Of a DNA stretch of 64,000 nt, positions 19,249 through 29,574 are shown in pieces (position 1 is the stretch's first letter; the number at the start of each line of letters is the position of its first letter). Source of the DNA: Anaeromyxobacter sp. (GTDB lineage Bacteria; Myxococcota; Myxococcia; Myxococcales; Anaeromyxobacteraceae); NCBI GenBank assembly GCA_049840735.1, contig JASGJN010000026.1, positions 1 to 64,000 of the forward strand. The letters are read 5' to 3'. A program made the translations under genes and the position numbers. A model generated the notes under the pieces. The model searched no databases. It was not told the DNA's origin and saw nothing but the letters and a program-made list of their open reading frames with translations.

Positions 19249-19326
19249 CAGCGCAGCGCATCGGTGGCCCGCGTCCCGGCGCCGTGCCGGGGCGCGGGTC
19301 CTGACCAGGTCGGCTCGAGGTCCTGC

Positions 19327-20843
<1,517 letters not shown>

Positions 20844-20847
<4 letters not shown>

Positions 20848-21926
20848 GCGCCGGGGGACGGGGGGCGGCGGTGCAGCTCGACCGGCTGGCGCTGCGGCTC
20901 CAGGCGCTGGCGCGCGCCCAGGTGTTCTGGCCGCTGGTGACGCTGGGGCTCCTGCTGCTCTTCAACCTGCTCACCAACCCGCACTTCTTCTCGGTCACGG
21001 TCCGCGACGGCCACCTCTACGGCAGCCTGATCGACATCCTGAACCGGGCCGCGCCGATGATCATCATCGCCACCGGCCTCACGCTGGTGATCGCCACCCA
21101 CGGCATCGACATCTCGGTGGGCGCGGTGGTGGCCATCTCGGCCTCGGTGGCGGCCACCATGGTGGGCGGGCAGCTGGTCCTCACCGGCGGCCTGCAGGAC
21201 GTGACCCGCTTCCCGCTCTGGGCGGTGATCGCCGGGGCGCTGGCGGTGGCCACGCTCTGCGGCATGTGGAACGGGATGCTGGTGGCCTACGTGGGCATGC
21301 GGCCCATCATCGCCACGCTGATCCTGATGGTGGCCGGGCGCGGGGTGGCCCAGCTCATCACCAAGGGGCAGATCATCACCATCTACTACCGGCCCTACTT
21401 CTTCCTCGGGAACGGCTGGCTGGCGGGGCTCCCCTTCGCGCTCTTCCTGGCCGCCGGGGTGGTGCTGATCTTCGCCTACCTCTCGCGGCGGACGGCGCTG
21501 GGGCTCTTCGTCGAGTCCATCGGCGTGAACCCGAAGGCGTCGCGCTTCGCGGGCGTCCGGTCGCGCTCCATCACCTTCTGGGTCTATGCGCTGTGCGGGC
21601 TGTGCGCCGGCATCGCGGGGCTGATCGTCAGCTCGAACGTGAAGAGCGCCGACGGCAACAACGCGGGCCTGCTGTTCGAGCTGGACGCCATCCTGGCGGT
21701 GGTGCTCGGCGGCACCTCGCTCGCGGGCGGGCGGTTCACGCTGGTGGGCAGCGTGATCGGCGCGGTGGTGATCCAGACGCTCACCACCACCATCCTGGCG
21801 GCCGGCGTCCCGCCGGAGATCACCCTGGTGGTCAAGGCGCTGGTGGTCTTCGCGGTGAGCATCCTGCAGTCTGATCGGGTGCGGGCCCGGGTGCTGGGGC
21901 ACGGCGGGATGGAGGTGGCGCGATGA
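20844..21926 (+). CDS. ytfT: Sugar ABC transporter permease (YtfT-like)
   Basis: GIDISVG, SADGNNAGL.FELDAILAVV.GG; GTGA overlap. Confidence 0.9.
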
Positions 21927-22978
21927 GCGGCCCAGCGACGAGCCCGGCGGCGGCGGTCTCGCCGGGGGCCCAGGCGGCGCGGGCGGCGGGGCCCGCCTGG
22001 CGGCTCCGCCTCGATCTCGGGCAGAAGCCCATCCTGGTGACCATCGCGCTCTTCGCCGTCATGTACGGCCTGGCGTCGTACGCCTTCGACGGCTTCCTCT
22101 CCCTCCAGGTCTTCCTCTACCTCTTCATCGACAACGCCTTCCTGATGGTGGTCGCGACGGGCATGACCTTCGTGATCATCTCGGGCGGCATCGACCTCTC
22201 GGTGGGCTCGGTGCTGGCGCTCACCACCATGGTGACGGCGTCGCTGGTGGAGCACCACGGGGTGAGCCCGGCGCTGGTCATCCCGCTGGCGCTGCTCATC
22301 GGCGCGACCTTCGGCTTCGTGCACGGGGTCCTGATCCAGTACTTCGGCATCCAGCCCTTCATCGCCACCCTGGGCGGCCTCTTCCTGGCCCGCGGCCTCT
22401 GCTACCTGATCAGCATCGACTCCATCAGCATCACGCATCCGTTCTTCAGCCACGCCTCCAACTTCCACATCCCGCTGCCGTTCGACGGCTGGATCAACGC
22501 CAACGTGGTGATCGCGCTGGTGGTGATCGCCTTCGGGATCTACCTCTCCCGCGCCACGGCCCTGGGGCGGACCGTGTACGCCATCGGCGGGAGCGAGCAG
22601 TCGGCGCTGCTGATGGGCCTGCCGGTGGCCCGCACCAAGGTGCTGGTCTACGTGTTCTCCGGCTTCTGCTCCGCGCTGGCGGGGATCGTGTTCACCTTCC
22701 ACATGACCTCGGGGTACGCGCTCCACGCGCAGGGGCTGGAGCTGGACGCCATCGCGGTCACGGTGGTGGGCGGCACGCTGCTGACCGGCGGCGCCGGCTC
22801 GGTGCTGGGCGCGATGGTGGGCGTGCTCATCCTGGGCACCATCCAGACCATCATCAGCTTCCAGGGCGACCTCAACAGCTGGTGGACCAGAATCGTCATC
22901 GGCCTGCTGCTGCTGGCCTTCTGCCTGCTGCAGCGCGCCTTCGAGCGCCGCGCCCAGCGGCGCGGAACAATCGCATGA
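21923..22978 (+). CDS. yjfF: Sugar ABC transporter permease (YjfF-like)
   Basis: GGIDLSVGS, SALLMGLPV, ELDAIA, SWWTRIVIG. Confidence 0.9.
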   Translation: MSGPATSPAAAVSPGAQAARAAGPAWRLRLDLGQKPILVTIALFAVMYGLASYAFDGFLSLQVFLYLFIDNAFLMVVATGMTFVIISGGIDLSVGSVLALTTMVTASLVEHHGVSPALVIPLALLIGATFGFVHGVLIQYFGIQPFIATLGGLFLARGLCYLISIDSISITHPFFSHASNFHIPLPFDGWINANVVIALVVIAFGIYLSRATALGRTVYAIGGSEQSALLMGLPVARTKVLVYVFSGFCSALAGIVFTFHMTSGYALHAQGLELDAIAVTVVGGTLLTGGAGSVLGAMVGVLILGTIQTIISFQGDLNSWWTRIVIGLLLLAFCLLQRAFERRAQRRGTIA

Positions 22979-24042
22979 GGCGGGCGCGCCTCGAGCGCCG
23001 GCCGTTCGGGGCGGCGCCGGGCGGCGAGGCGGTGTGGCTCTTCACGCTGCGCAGCCGCGCGGGGCACGTTGCCTCGGTGGCCAGCTTCGGCGCCACGGTC
23101 ACCTCGCTGCAGGCGCCGGACCGGCAGGGCCGCCTGGGCGAGGTGGTGCTGGGCCACGACACGCTGGACGGCTACCTGGCCGACCGGCGCACCTACCTGG
23201 GCGCCACGGTGGGGCGCTACGCCAACCGGATCGCGCGCGGGGAGCTGGCGCTGGACGGGCGCACCTGGCGCCTGGCCCAGAACGACGGTGAGCACCACCT
23301 GCACGGCGGCCGCCTGGGCTTCGATCGCGCCGGCTGGGAGGCAGAGGGGGCGGAGACGGCGGCGGGGCCGGCGGTGGCGCTGCGCCGGCTGAGCCCGGGC
23401 GGTGAGGAGGGCTACCCGGGCGCGCTCACGGTGGAGGTGACGTACACGCTCAGCGACGCGGGCGAGCTGGTCTTCGAGGCGGCGGCGACCACCACGGCGC
23501 CCACGGTCTGCAACCTGGCCCACCACGGCTACTTCAACCTGGACCAGCCGGTCCGGCGCGACGTGCTGGGCCACCTGCTCTGGATCGACGCGGAGCGGTT
23601 CACGCCGGTGGGGCCGGGGCTCATCCCGACCGGCGAGCTGCGCCACGTGGGCGGCACGCCCATGGACTTCCGCACGCCCACCGCCGTCGGCGCGCGCCTG
23701 GGCGTCGCGGACGAGCAGCTGCGGCTCGCCGGCGGCTACGATCACAACTGGATCGTGAGCGGCAGCGGCGGCGCCCGCCCGGTAGCGCGGCTGCTGGGGT
23801 TCGAGTCGGGCCGGACGCTGGAGGTCCTGACCACCGAGCCGGGCCTGCAGCTCTACTCCGGCAACTTCCTCGACGGCACCGTGGTGGGCCGCGGCGGCCA
23901 GGCCTTCCAGCGCCACGCCGGGCTGTGCCTGGAGACCCAGCACTTCCCGGACTCGCCGCACCAGCCCAGCTTCCCCTCCACCGTGCTCCGCCCCGGCGAG
24001 ACCTACAGGACGCGGACGGTCTACCGGCTGGGGGTGGAGTAG
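22975..24042 (+). CDS. galM: Aldose 1-epimerase (mutarotase)
   Basis: GRYANRIA, HLHGG, GYPG, HGYFNL, GYDHN, CLETQHFPDSP. Confidence 0.95.
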   Translation: MRRARLERRPFGAAPGGEAVWLFTLRSRAGHVASVASFGATVTSLQAPDRQGRLGEVVLGHDTLDGYLADRRTYLGATVGRYANRIARGELALDGRTWRLAQNDGEHHLHGGRLGFDRAGWEAEGAETAAGPAVALRRLSPGGEEGYPGALTVEVTYTLSDAGELVFEAAATTTAPTVCNLAHHGYFNLDQPVRRDVLGHLLWIDAERFTPVGPGLIPTGELRHVGGTPMDFRTPTAVGARLGVADEQLRLAGGYDHNWIVSGSGGARPVARLLGFESGRTLEVLTTEPGLQLYSGNFLDGTVVGRGGQAFQRHAGLCLETQHFPDSPHQPSFPSTVLRPGETYRTRTVYRLGVE

Positions 24043-24070
24043 GGGTCGCGTCCTCCCACATTACCCTTTC
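24039..24070 (+). repeat. ~32-bp imperfect direct repeat, copy 2
   Basis: GTAGGGGTCGCGTCCTcccACATTACcCtTTC. Confidence 0.75.
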
Positions 24071-24116
24071 GTCCCTGCGGGGCCGTTGGCGGGGCACGTC
24101 CCTTCGCGACTCCGGT

Positions 24117-24503
24117 CCCGTTCGTCCTGAGCGTAGCGCCCGCCCAGCGGGCGCGGAGTCGAAGGACAGGGAGCCCTTGCGGCACGACCCTGGGCGTCGT
24201 CCCTCCGCGCCTCCGGAACGGCCGCTTCGCTCGGACTTGCTGCGGCCCGGCCAGTCAGAGCGCTCCGCGCGCGGGCCGGACTCCGTGTCATCGCGAGCCG
24301 GGCACAACGCAGGCCTCTCGCCGACCAGTGAGCGGGCCACTCCCGCGCCGTGTTGGAACATGGCGGTCGGCGAGGGGCCTTTGGACGGGTGCCCGGCTCG
24401 CACCGCTGGCTGCGTTCCGCGCGCGTACCTGGTCGGCCTGTGATGCGGGCCTCCGCCAAAGTCCTCGCTTCGCGGCCGTCCTGCGGCGCTCCGGGCCTTG
24501 CTG
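24117..24503. repeat. Solo copy of the REP plus ~300-nt rod-like element
   Basis: Colinear and highly similar to the units at 40739-42060. Confidence 0.92.
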
Positions 24504-24527
24504 CGCGATCGCGGCGCGGCTGCGCGT

Positions 24528-24656
24528 TCTCTAGCCGCCCCGAGCCCCGTCCCGCTCCCTGCCCCGGTCCCAAGCCTCCTGCACGGTCCCTCAGCACCGT
24601 TCCGCCCGCAGGCGCGGGGGCAGGGGGACCCCCGCGCCCTGCACCAGCGGCAGGAG
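24528..24656 (-). repeat. Inverted copy of the 12497-12597 repeat, downstream of metH
   Basis: GGCGCGGGGGCAGGGGGACCCCCGCGCCCTGCACCAGCGGCAGGAG at 24611-24656. Confidence 0.72.
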
Positions 24657-24684
24657 ATCCGGTACGGCGAGCCAGCGCCGCCCG

Positions 24685-27600
24685 TCACCCCGCCGCCAGG
24701 TTCAGCCCCCGCACCAGGAAGTAGATGGCCTCCGGGTGGTGCAGCACGATGGCGCTGGTGGACTGCTCGGGCACCATCTGGTTGGCCTCGGTGAGCGAGA
24801 CGCCGATGGTCCTGTCCGGCTCGAGCAGCCTCCAGACCTGCCGCTGGTCGGTCAGCTCCGGCCAGGACGGATAGCCCGGCGAGTAGCGCTTGCCCTGGCC
24901 GTCGGGCAGGCCGAGGTCCACGCGGACCTGGCGGTGCCAGTACTCGGCCAGCGCCTCGGCGGTCTCCACCGCCAGGCCGTGCAGGAAGAGCGCGCGGGTG
25001 TAGTCGCCGCGCTCCTGCGCCTGCTCGGCCAGCTTCGAGGCGGCGTCACCCACGGTGACGACCTGGAAGCAGCAGACGTCCGAGCCGGGCTCCTCGCGGA
25101 AGTAGTCGGCCATGCACAGGTTCCGGTCGTCCGGCTGCCGCGGGAGCTGGAGGCGGGCCAGCTCGGAGCGCCGGTTCACCGGGTCGAGCACCACCAGGTC
25201 GTTCCCCTCGGCGTGGCAGGGCCAGTAGCCGTAGGTGACCTTGGGCACCAGCCAGCCCTGGGCCTGCGCCTCGGCCTTCAGCTCCTCCAGCTTGGGGCCG
25301 AACTGCTCGCGGATCAGCCGCTCGTACTCCTCGCCCTTGGCCTTCACGCCCCACTGCAGCTTGTAGAGCTCGGCCAGGTCGAGGTGGGGCCAGACGTCGT
25401 GCAGCGCGATGCTGCCCGACGGCACCACCCGCGCGCCCCAGAACGGCGGCGTGGGGATGCGCGCGGCGGGCGGCGCCTGGCCGCTGCGCTTGGTGGGCGC
25501 GGCCGGCAGCGGGGCGGCCTCGGGCCGGTCGCGGTTGGCGATGGCCTTCTTGAGCACGTCCTGCTTGAGCGCGTCGCGCTTGGCCGGGTCGACCAGGGCC
25601 TCGACGATCTCGAGCCCCTCGAAGGCGTCCTTGGCGTAGAAGACGCCTCCGGCGTACGGCGCGCCGTCCTGCGCGAAGTGGGTCTTGTAGCCGAAGCGCC
25701 GGTTGATGGCGGCGCCGCCGATGATCACCGGGAAGGTGAGGTTGCGGCGGTGCAGCTCGTCCACGCAGAAGGGCATCTGCTTGGAGGTCGAGACCAGCAG
25801 CGCGGAGAGGCCGACGGCGTCGGCGTCCACCTCGATCGCCTTCTCCAGGATGGTGGGCACCGGCACCTGCTTGCCCAGGTCGTGCACGGTGAAGCCGTTG
25901 TTGGAGAGGATGGTCTTGACCAGGTTCTTGCCGATGTCGTGCACGTCGCCGTACACGGTGGCCAGCACCACGTTGCCCTTGGTGGTGCCCTCCTTCTTCT
26001 CCAGGAACTGCTCGAGGTGGGCCACGGCCTTCTTCATCACTTCGGCCGACTGGAGCACGAAGGGCAGGATCAGCTCGCCGGCGCCGAACCGGTCGCCCAC
26101 GTCCTTCATGGCCGGGAGCAGCACCGTGTTGAGCACGTCGACCGCCGAGTGGCGCGTCAGCGCGTCGTCGATGAGGGCCTCGATCCCCTCCGGGCGACGG
26201 TGGAGGATCTGCTGGTGGATCCGCTCCTCGGCCGGGCGATCCTTCAACGCGGCCAGCGGGTCCACGGCGGCCTTCTCCGGCGCGCCCTTGGCGCCGAAGA
26301 ACTCGATGAGGCGCGCCAGCGCGTCGTCGCGCCGGTCGAAGATCAGGTCCTCCGCCAGCGTCCGCTCCTCCTCGGCCAGCGCCGGGTAGGGGCGGATGTC
26401 CTTGGGGTTGACGATGGCCAGGTCCAGGCCGGCCTTGACCGCGTGGAAGAGGAAGACCGAGTTGACCACCTCGCGCGCGGTGCGCGCCAGGCCGAAGGAG
26501 ACGTTGGAGACGCCCAGCGTGGTCTTCACGCCCGGGTTCTCGGCCTTGATGCGCCGGATGCCCTCCAGCGTCTCGACCGCGCTCTTGCGGTACTCCTGCC
26601 CGCCGGTGGCCAGCGTGAAGGTGAGCGGGTCGAAGACGATGGCGTCGTTGGGGATGCCGTACTCGTTGGCCACCGCCACGGTGCGCCGGGCGATCTCCGC
26701 CTTGCGGTCGGCGGTCTGGGCCATGCCCTTCTCGTCGATGGTCATGGCGACCACCGCCGCGCCGTACCGCTTCACCAGCGGCAGCACGCGCTTCACGCGC
26801 TCGCCGGACTTCTCGAGGTTCACCGAGTTGACGATGCAGCGGCCCGGGTAGGTCTTGAGGGCCGTCTCCACCACGTCCGCCTCGGTGGAGTCGATCATCA
26901 GCGGCGCGTCCACCGCCTGCGACAGCAGCTTCACCAGCGTGCGCATCTGCGCCGACTCGTCGTCGCGCTCGTTGAGCGCCACGCAGACGTCCAGCACGTG
27001 CGCGCCGGCCTCGACCTGCCCGCGGGCGATCTGCAAGAGCCCGGGGTAGTCGTCGGCCAGCAGGAGCTCCTTCACCTTCTTCGAGCCCTGCGCGTTGAGC
27101 CGCTCGCCCACGATCAGCGGGGCCGGCTCCATGTCGAGCGGGACCGCCTTCATGGCGGAGGAGAGCTCGGGCGCGGGCGCGCCGCGGGTGCGCCGCGGGG
27201 CCCCGAGCTGGCGCAGCCGGCGCACCACCGCCTCGAGGTGCTTCGGCGTGGTGCCGCAGCAGCCGCCCACCAGGTCCACGCCGTACTCGCCCACGAACTG
27301 GGCCAGCGCCTCGGCCAGGTCCTCCGGCCCGAGCTTGTAGACGGCCTTGCCGTCCACGTTCTCCGGCATGCCGGCGTTGGGTAGGATCGACACGTAGTGC
27401 GAGCACCGCTCGCCCAGGTACTTCACGGCGGCCCGCATCTCGGCGGGGCCGGTGGAGCAGTTGAGGCCGACGGCGTCCACCGGCAGCCGCTCCAGCGTGG
27501 CCAGCGCCGCGCCGATGTCGGTGCCGAGCAGCATGCGACCGTTGGCGTCGATGAGCGTGGGCTGCGCGATGATGAAGACGTCGCGCATCAGCTCGCGCCG

Positions 27601-28137
27601 GGCCGCGTCCACGCCCAGCACGGCGGCGCGCAGCTCCAGCATGTCCTGCTGCGTCTCGATGATGATGGCGTCCACGCCGCCCTCGATCAGGCCGCGGGCC
27701 TGCTCGAGGAAGATCCGCTCCAGCGCGTCGCCGGTGATGTTGCCCAGCGCCGGGTCGGAGGACGACGGCAGCATGCCGGTGGGGCCGACCGAGCCGGCCA
27801 CGAAGCGGGGCTGCTCGGGCGTGGAGAAGCGCTCGGCGGCGCGGCGGGCCAGGTGGGCCGCGCGGAAGTTCACCTCGTAGGTCCGGTGGCCGAGGCCGTA
27901 CTCGTCGAGCTTGAGGCGCGAGGAGCCGAAGGTGTTGGTCTCGACGATGTCGCAGCCCACCGCGAAGTAGCGGGCGTGGATGTCCTCGATGAGGTCGGGA
28001 CGGGTCAGGGTGAGGAGGTCGTTGGCCCCCTCCTGCCCGCCGAACTCGGCGGCCTTGAGCTGGTGGCCCTGGATCTGGGTGCCCATCGCGCCGTCGAAGA
28101 CGAGGGGACGGCGCTTGAGGGCTTCGCGGAAGGTCAC
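24685..28137 (-). CDS. metH: Cobalamin-dependent methionine synthase
   Basis: DGAMGTQIQ, GLNCSTGP, GGCCGT, GDVHDIGKNLV, RYSPGYP, PEQSTSA; GTG start after AGGA. Confidence 0.98.
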   Translation of the reverse strand: MTFREALKRRPLVFDGAMGTQIQGHQLKAAEFGGQEGANDLLTLTRPDLIEDIHARYFAVGCDIVETNTFGSSRLKLDEYGLGHRTYEVNFRAAHLARRAAERFSTPEQPRFVAGSVGPTGMLPSSSDPALGNITGDALERIFLEQARGLIEGGVDAIIIETQQDMLELRAAVLGVDAARRELMRDVFIIAQPTLIDANGRMLLGTDIGAALATLERLPVDAVGLNCSTGPAEMRAAVKYLGERCSHYVSILPNAGMPENVDGKAVYKLGPEDLAEALAQFVGEYGVDLVGGCCGTTPKHLEAVVRRLRQLGAPRRTRGAPAPELSSAMKAVPLDMEPAPLIVGERLNAQGSKKVKELLLADDYPGLLQIARGQVEAGAHVLDVCVALNERDDESAQMRTLVKLLSQAVDAPLMIDSTEADVVETALKTYPGRCIVNSVNLEKSGERVKRVLPLVKRYGAAVVAMTIDEKGMAQTADRKAEIARRTVAVANEYGIPNDAIVFDPLTFTLATGGQEYRKSAVETLEGIRRIKAENPGVKTTLGVSNVSFGLARTAREVVNSVFLFHAVKAGLDLAIVNPKDIRPYPALAEEERTLAEDLIFDRRDDALARLIEFFGAKGAPEKAAVDPLAALKDRPAEERIHQQILHRRPEGIEALIDDALTRHSAVDVLNTVLLPAMKDVGDRFGAGELILPFVLQSAEVMKKAVAHLEQFLEKKEGTTKGNVVLATVYGDVHDIGKNLVKTILSNNGFTVHDLGKQVPVPTILEKAIEVDADAVGLSALLVSTSKQMPFCVDELHRRNLTFPVIIGGAAINRRFGYKTHFAQDGAPYAGGVFYAKDAFEGLEIVEALVDPAKRDALKQDVLKKAIANRDRPEAAPLPAAPTKRSGQAPPAARIPTPPFWGARVVPSGSIALHDVWPHLDLAELYKLQWGVKAKGEEYERLIREQFGPKLEELKAEAQAQGWLVPKVTYGYWPCHAEGNDLVVLDPVNRRSELARLQLPRQPDDRNLCMADYFREEPGSDVCCFQVVTVGDAASKLAEQAQERGDYTRALFLHGLAVETAEALAEYWHRQVRVDLGLPDGQGKRYSPGYPSWPELTDQRQVWRLLEPDRTIGVSLTEANQMVPEQSTSAIVLHHPEAIYFLVRGLNLAAG

Positions 28138-28324
28138 GTGTAGGTCCTGATGGGCCGCCGGGATCCGGCCGGGCCGCTGGAAGCCGGCCTGGGAGGCCGG
28201 AACTTCAATACTTAACATCCGGACCCCGGCCGATCGAGCGGACGGTCCTACCGGTCACCCCGGAACGGGATGCGCCAGAGGGGGCTGCGGCGGATCGGCA
28301 GGTGGGGCGCTGCGCGCGTGACGG

Positions 28325-28784
28325 CTACTGCGGGTTCTGCTCCGGCGCGCTGAACCCCGGCTCGCCCGCCTGCTCGGCCGCAGGCTCGGCCTCGGCCGGC
28401 GCTGCTTCGAGCGCGCCGCTGGTGCCGGTGGTGTCGGTCGAGCCGGTGGTGCCGGTCGTGTCGGTGCTGCAGACCGCGGTCGGATCCTCCACCGACAGGC
28501 CGCAGGAGGCCTTGCCGCAGGCGCTGAAGAACACCCACTCGCAGAACTCCGACCCCTCGGGCGAGTGACAGCTGTCCAGCTTGTCCTGGCAGAGGTTCTC
28601 GACGTCCTTGCCCGGGTTCAGGTTCTTCAGCTCCTGCTTCACCTGCCGCTCGCAGTTCTGGCGGGTGGTGCCCTGGCCAGCGCACTTGCAGAGCCGCTTG
28701 CCGAGGTCCTGGCAAGGATTCGGAGCAGCCCGCGACGAGGAGCGCGGCGGCGAACAGGGGCAGGAGGGCGGCAGGACGGCGCAT
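28325..28784 (-). CDS. Cys-rich lipoprotein, apparently split by a 1-nt insertion near 28721
   Basis: Signal/lipobox MRRPAALLPLFAAALLVAGC joins S-NPCQDLGKRLCKC...VCSTDTTG when one base is removed. Confidence 0.7.
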
Positions 28785-28893
28785 GAAGGGGCGGAGGATC
28801 ACTCACCCGGCGGGGCGCGTCAAGGCTCGCGGGCGGGCCCCCGGACCCCCTGAATGTCGGCGCGGGGTCGCCCGTCTGCTATGAGGGACGCCC

Positions 28894-29535
28894 ATGCTCG
28901 CGCTCACCACCGCCCTCGTCGCCTCCCTGGCCGCCGCCGCGCCCGCGCCCGGCGCCATCACGCTGCAGGATCCGCAGACGCTGGCCCGGAAGGTCCAGGG
29001 GTTCTACGAGCGGACCCGCGACCTCGAGGCACGGTTCCAGCAGACCTACACCTACTCCGGCTTCGGCCGGCGCCAGGTCTCCTCCGGCGTCCTGAAGGTG
29101 AAGAAGCCCGGGATGATGCGCTGGGACTACCAGAAGCCCACCTCCAAGACGGTGGCGGTGAAGGGCAAGCGGCTCATCCAGTACGAGCCCGGCGAGAACC
29201 AGGCCTACGTGGACGAGGCCTTCGACGCGAGCGCCATGAGCGCCGCCGTCACCTTCCTGATCGGCAAGGGCAACCTCCTGGCCGAGTTCGACGCCTCGGT
29301 GGACGGCGGCGGCGACCTGGTGCTCCGGCCCAAGGAGGCCGACCCGCGCGTGGAGACCATCACGCTGGCGGTCGACGCCGAGGGCCAGGTGCTGGCCACC
29401 CGGGTGGTGGACGGCTCGGGCAACGTGAACGAGATCCGGTTCGACCAGGTGAAGCGGAACATCGGGATCCCGGACTCGGCCTTCGACGTGACGCTGCCGG
29501 CGGACGTGACGCGGGTGGCGCCGCCGGGGCGGTAG
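28894..29535 (+). CDS. lolA: Outer-membrane lipoprotein carrier LolA family
   Basis: ARFQQTY, SSG.LKVKKPGMMRWDYQKP, F.QVKRN.GIPDSAF. Confidence 0.9.
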   Translation: MLALTTALVASLAAAAPAPGAITLQDPQTLARKVQGFYERTRDLEARFQQTYTYSGFGRRQVSSGVLKVKKPGMMRWDYQKPTSKTVAVKGKRLIQYEPGENQAYVDEAFDASAMSAAVTFLIGKGNLLAEFDASVDGGGDLVLRPKEADPRVETITLAVDAEGQVLATRVVDGSGNVNEIRFDQVKRNIGIPDSAFDVTLPADVTRVAPPGR

Positions 29536-29574
29536 GCGGCTCCCAGCCTCCGGCGGCACCCGGTCACCACGCCG

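Noticed and set aside
28138..28324. SAM, SAH or cobalamin riboswitch upstream of metH
   Set aside because: No recognisable consensus elements by eye; an Rfam scan would be needed to exclude it fully.
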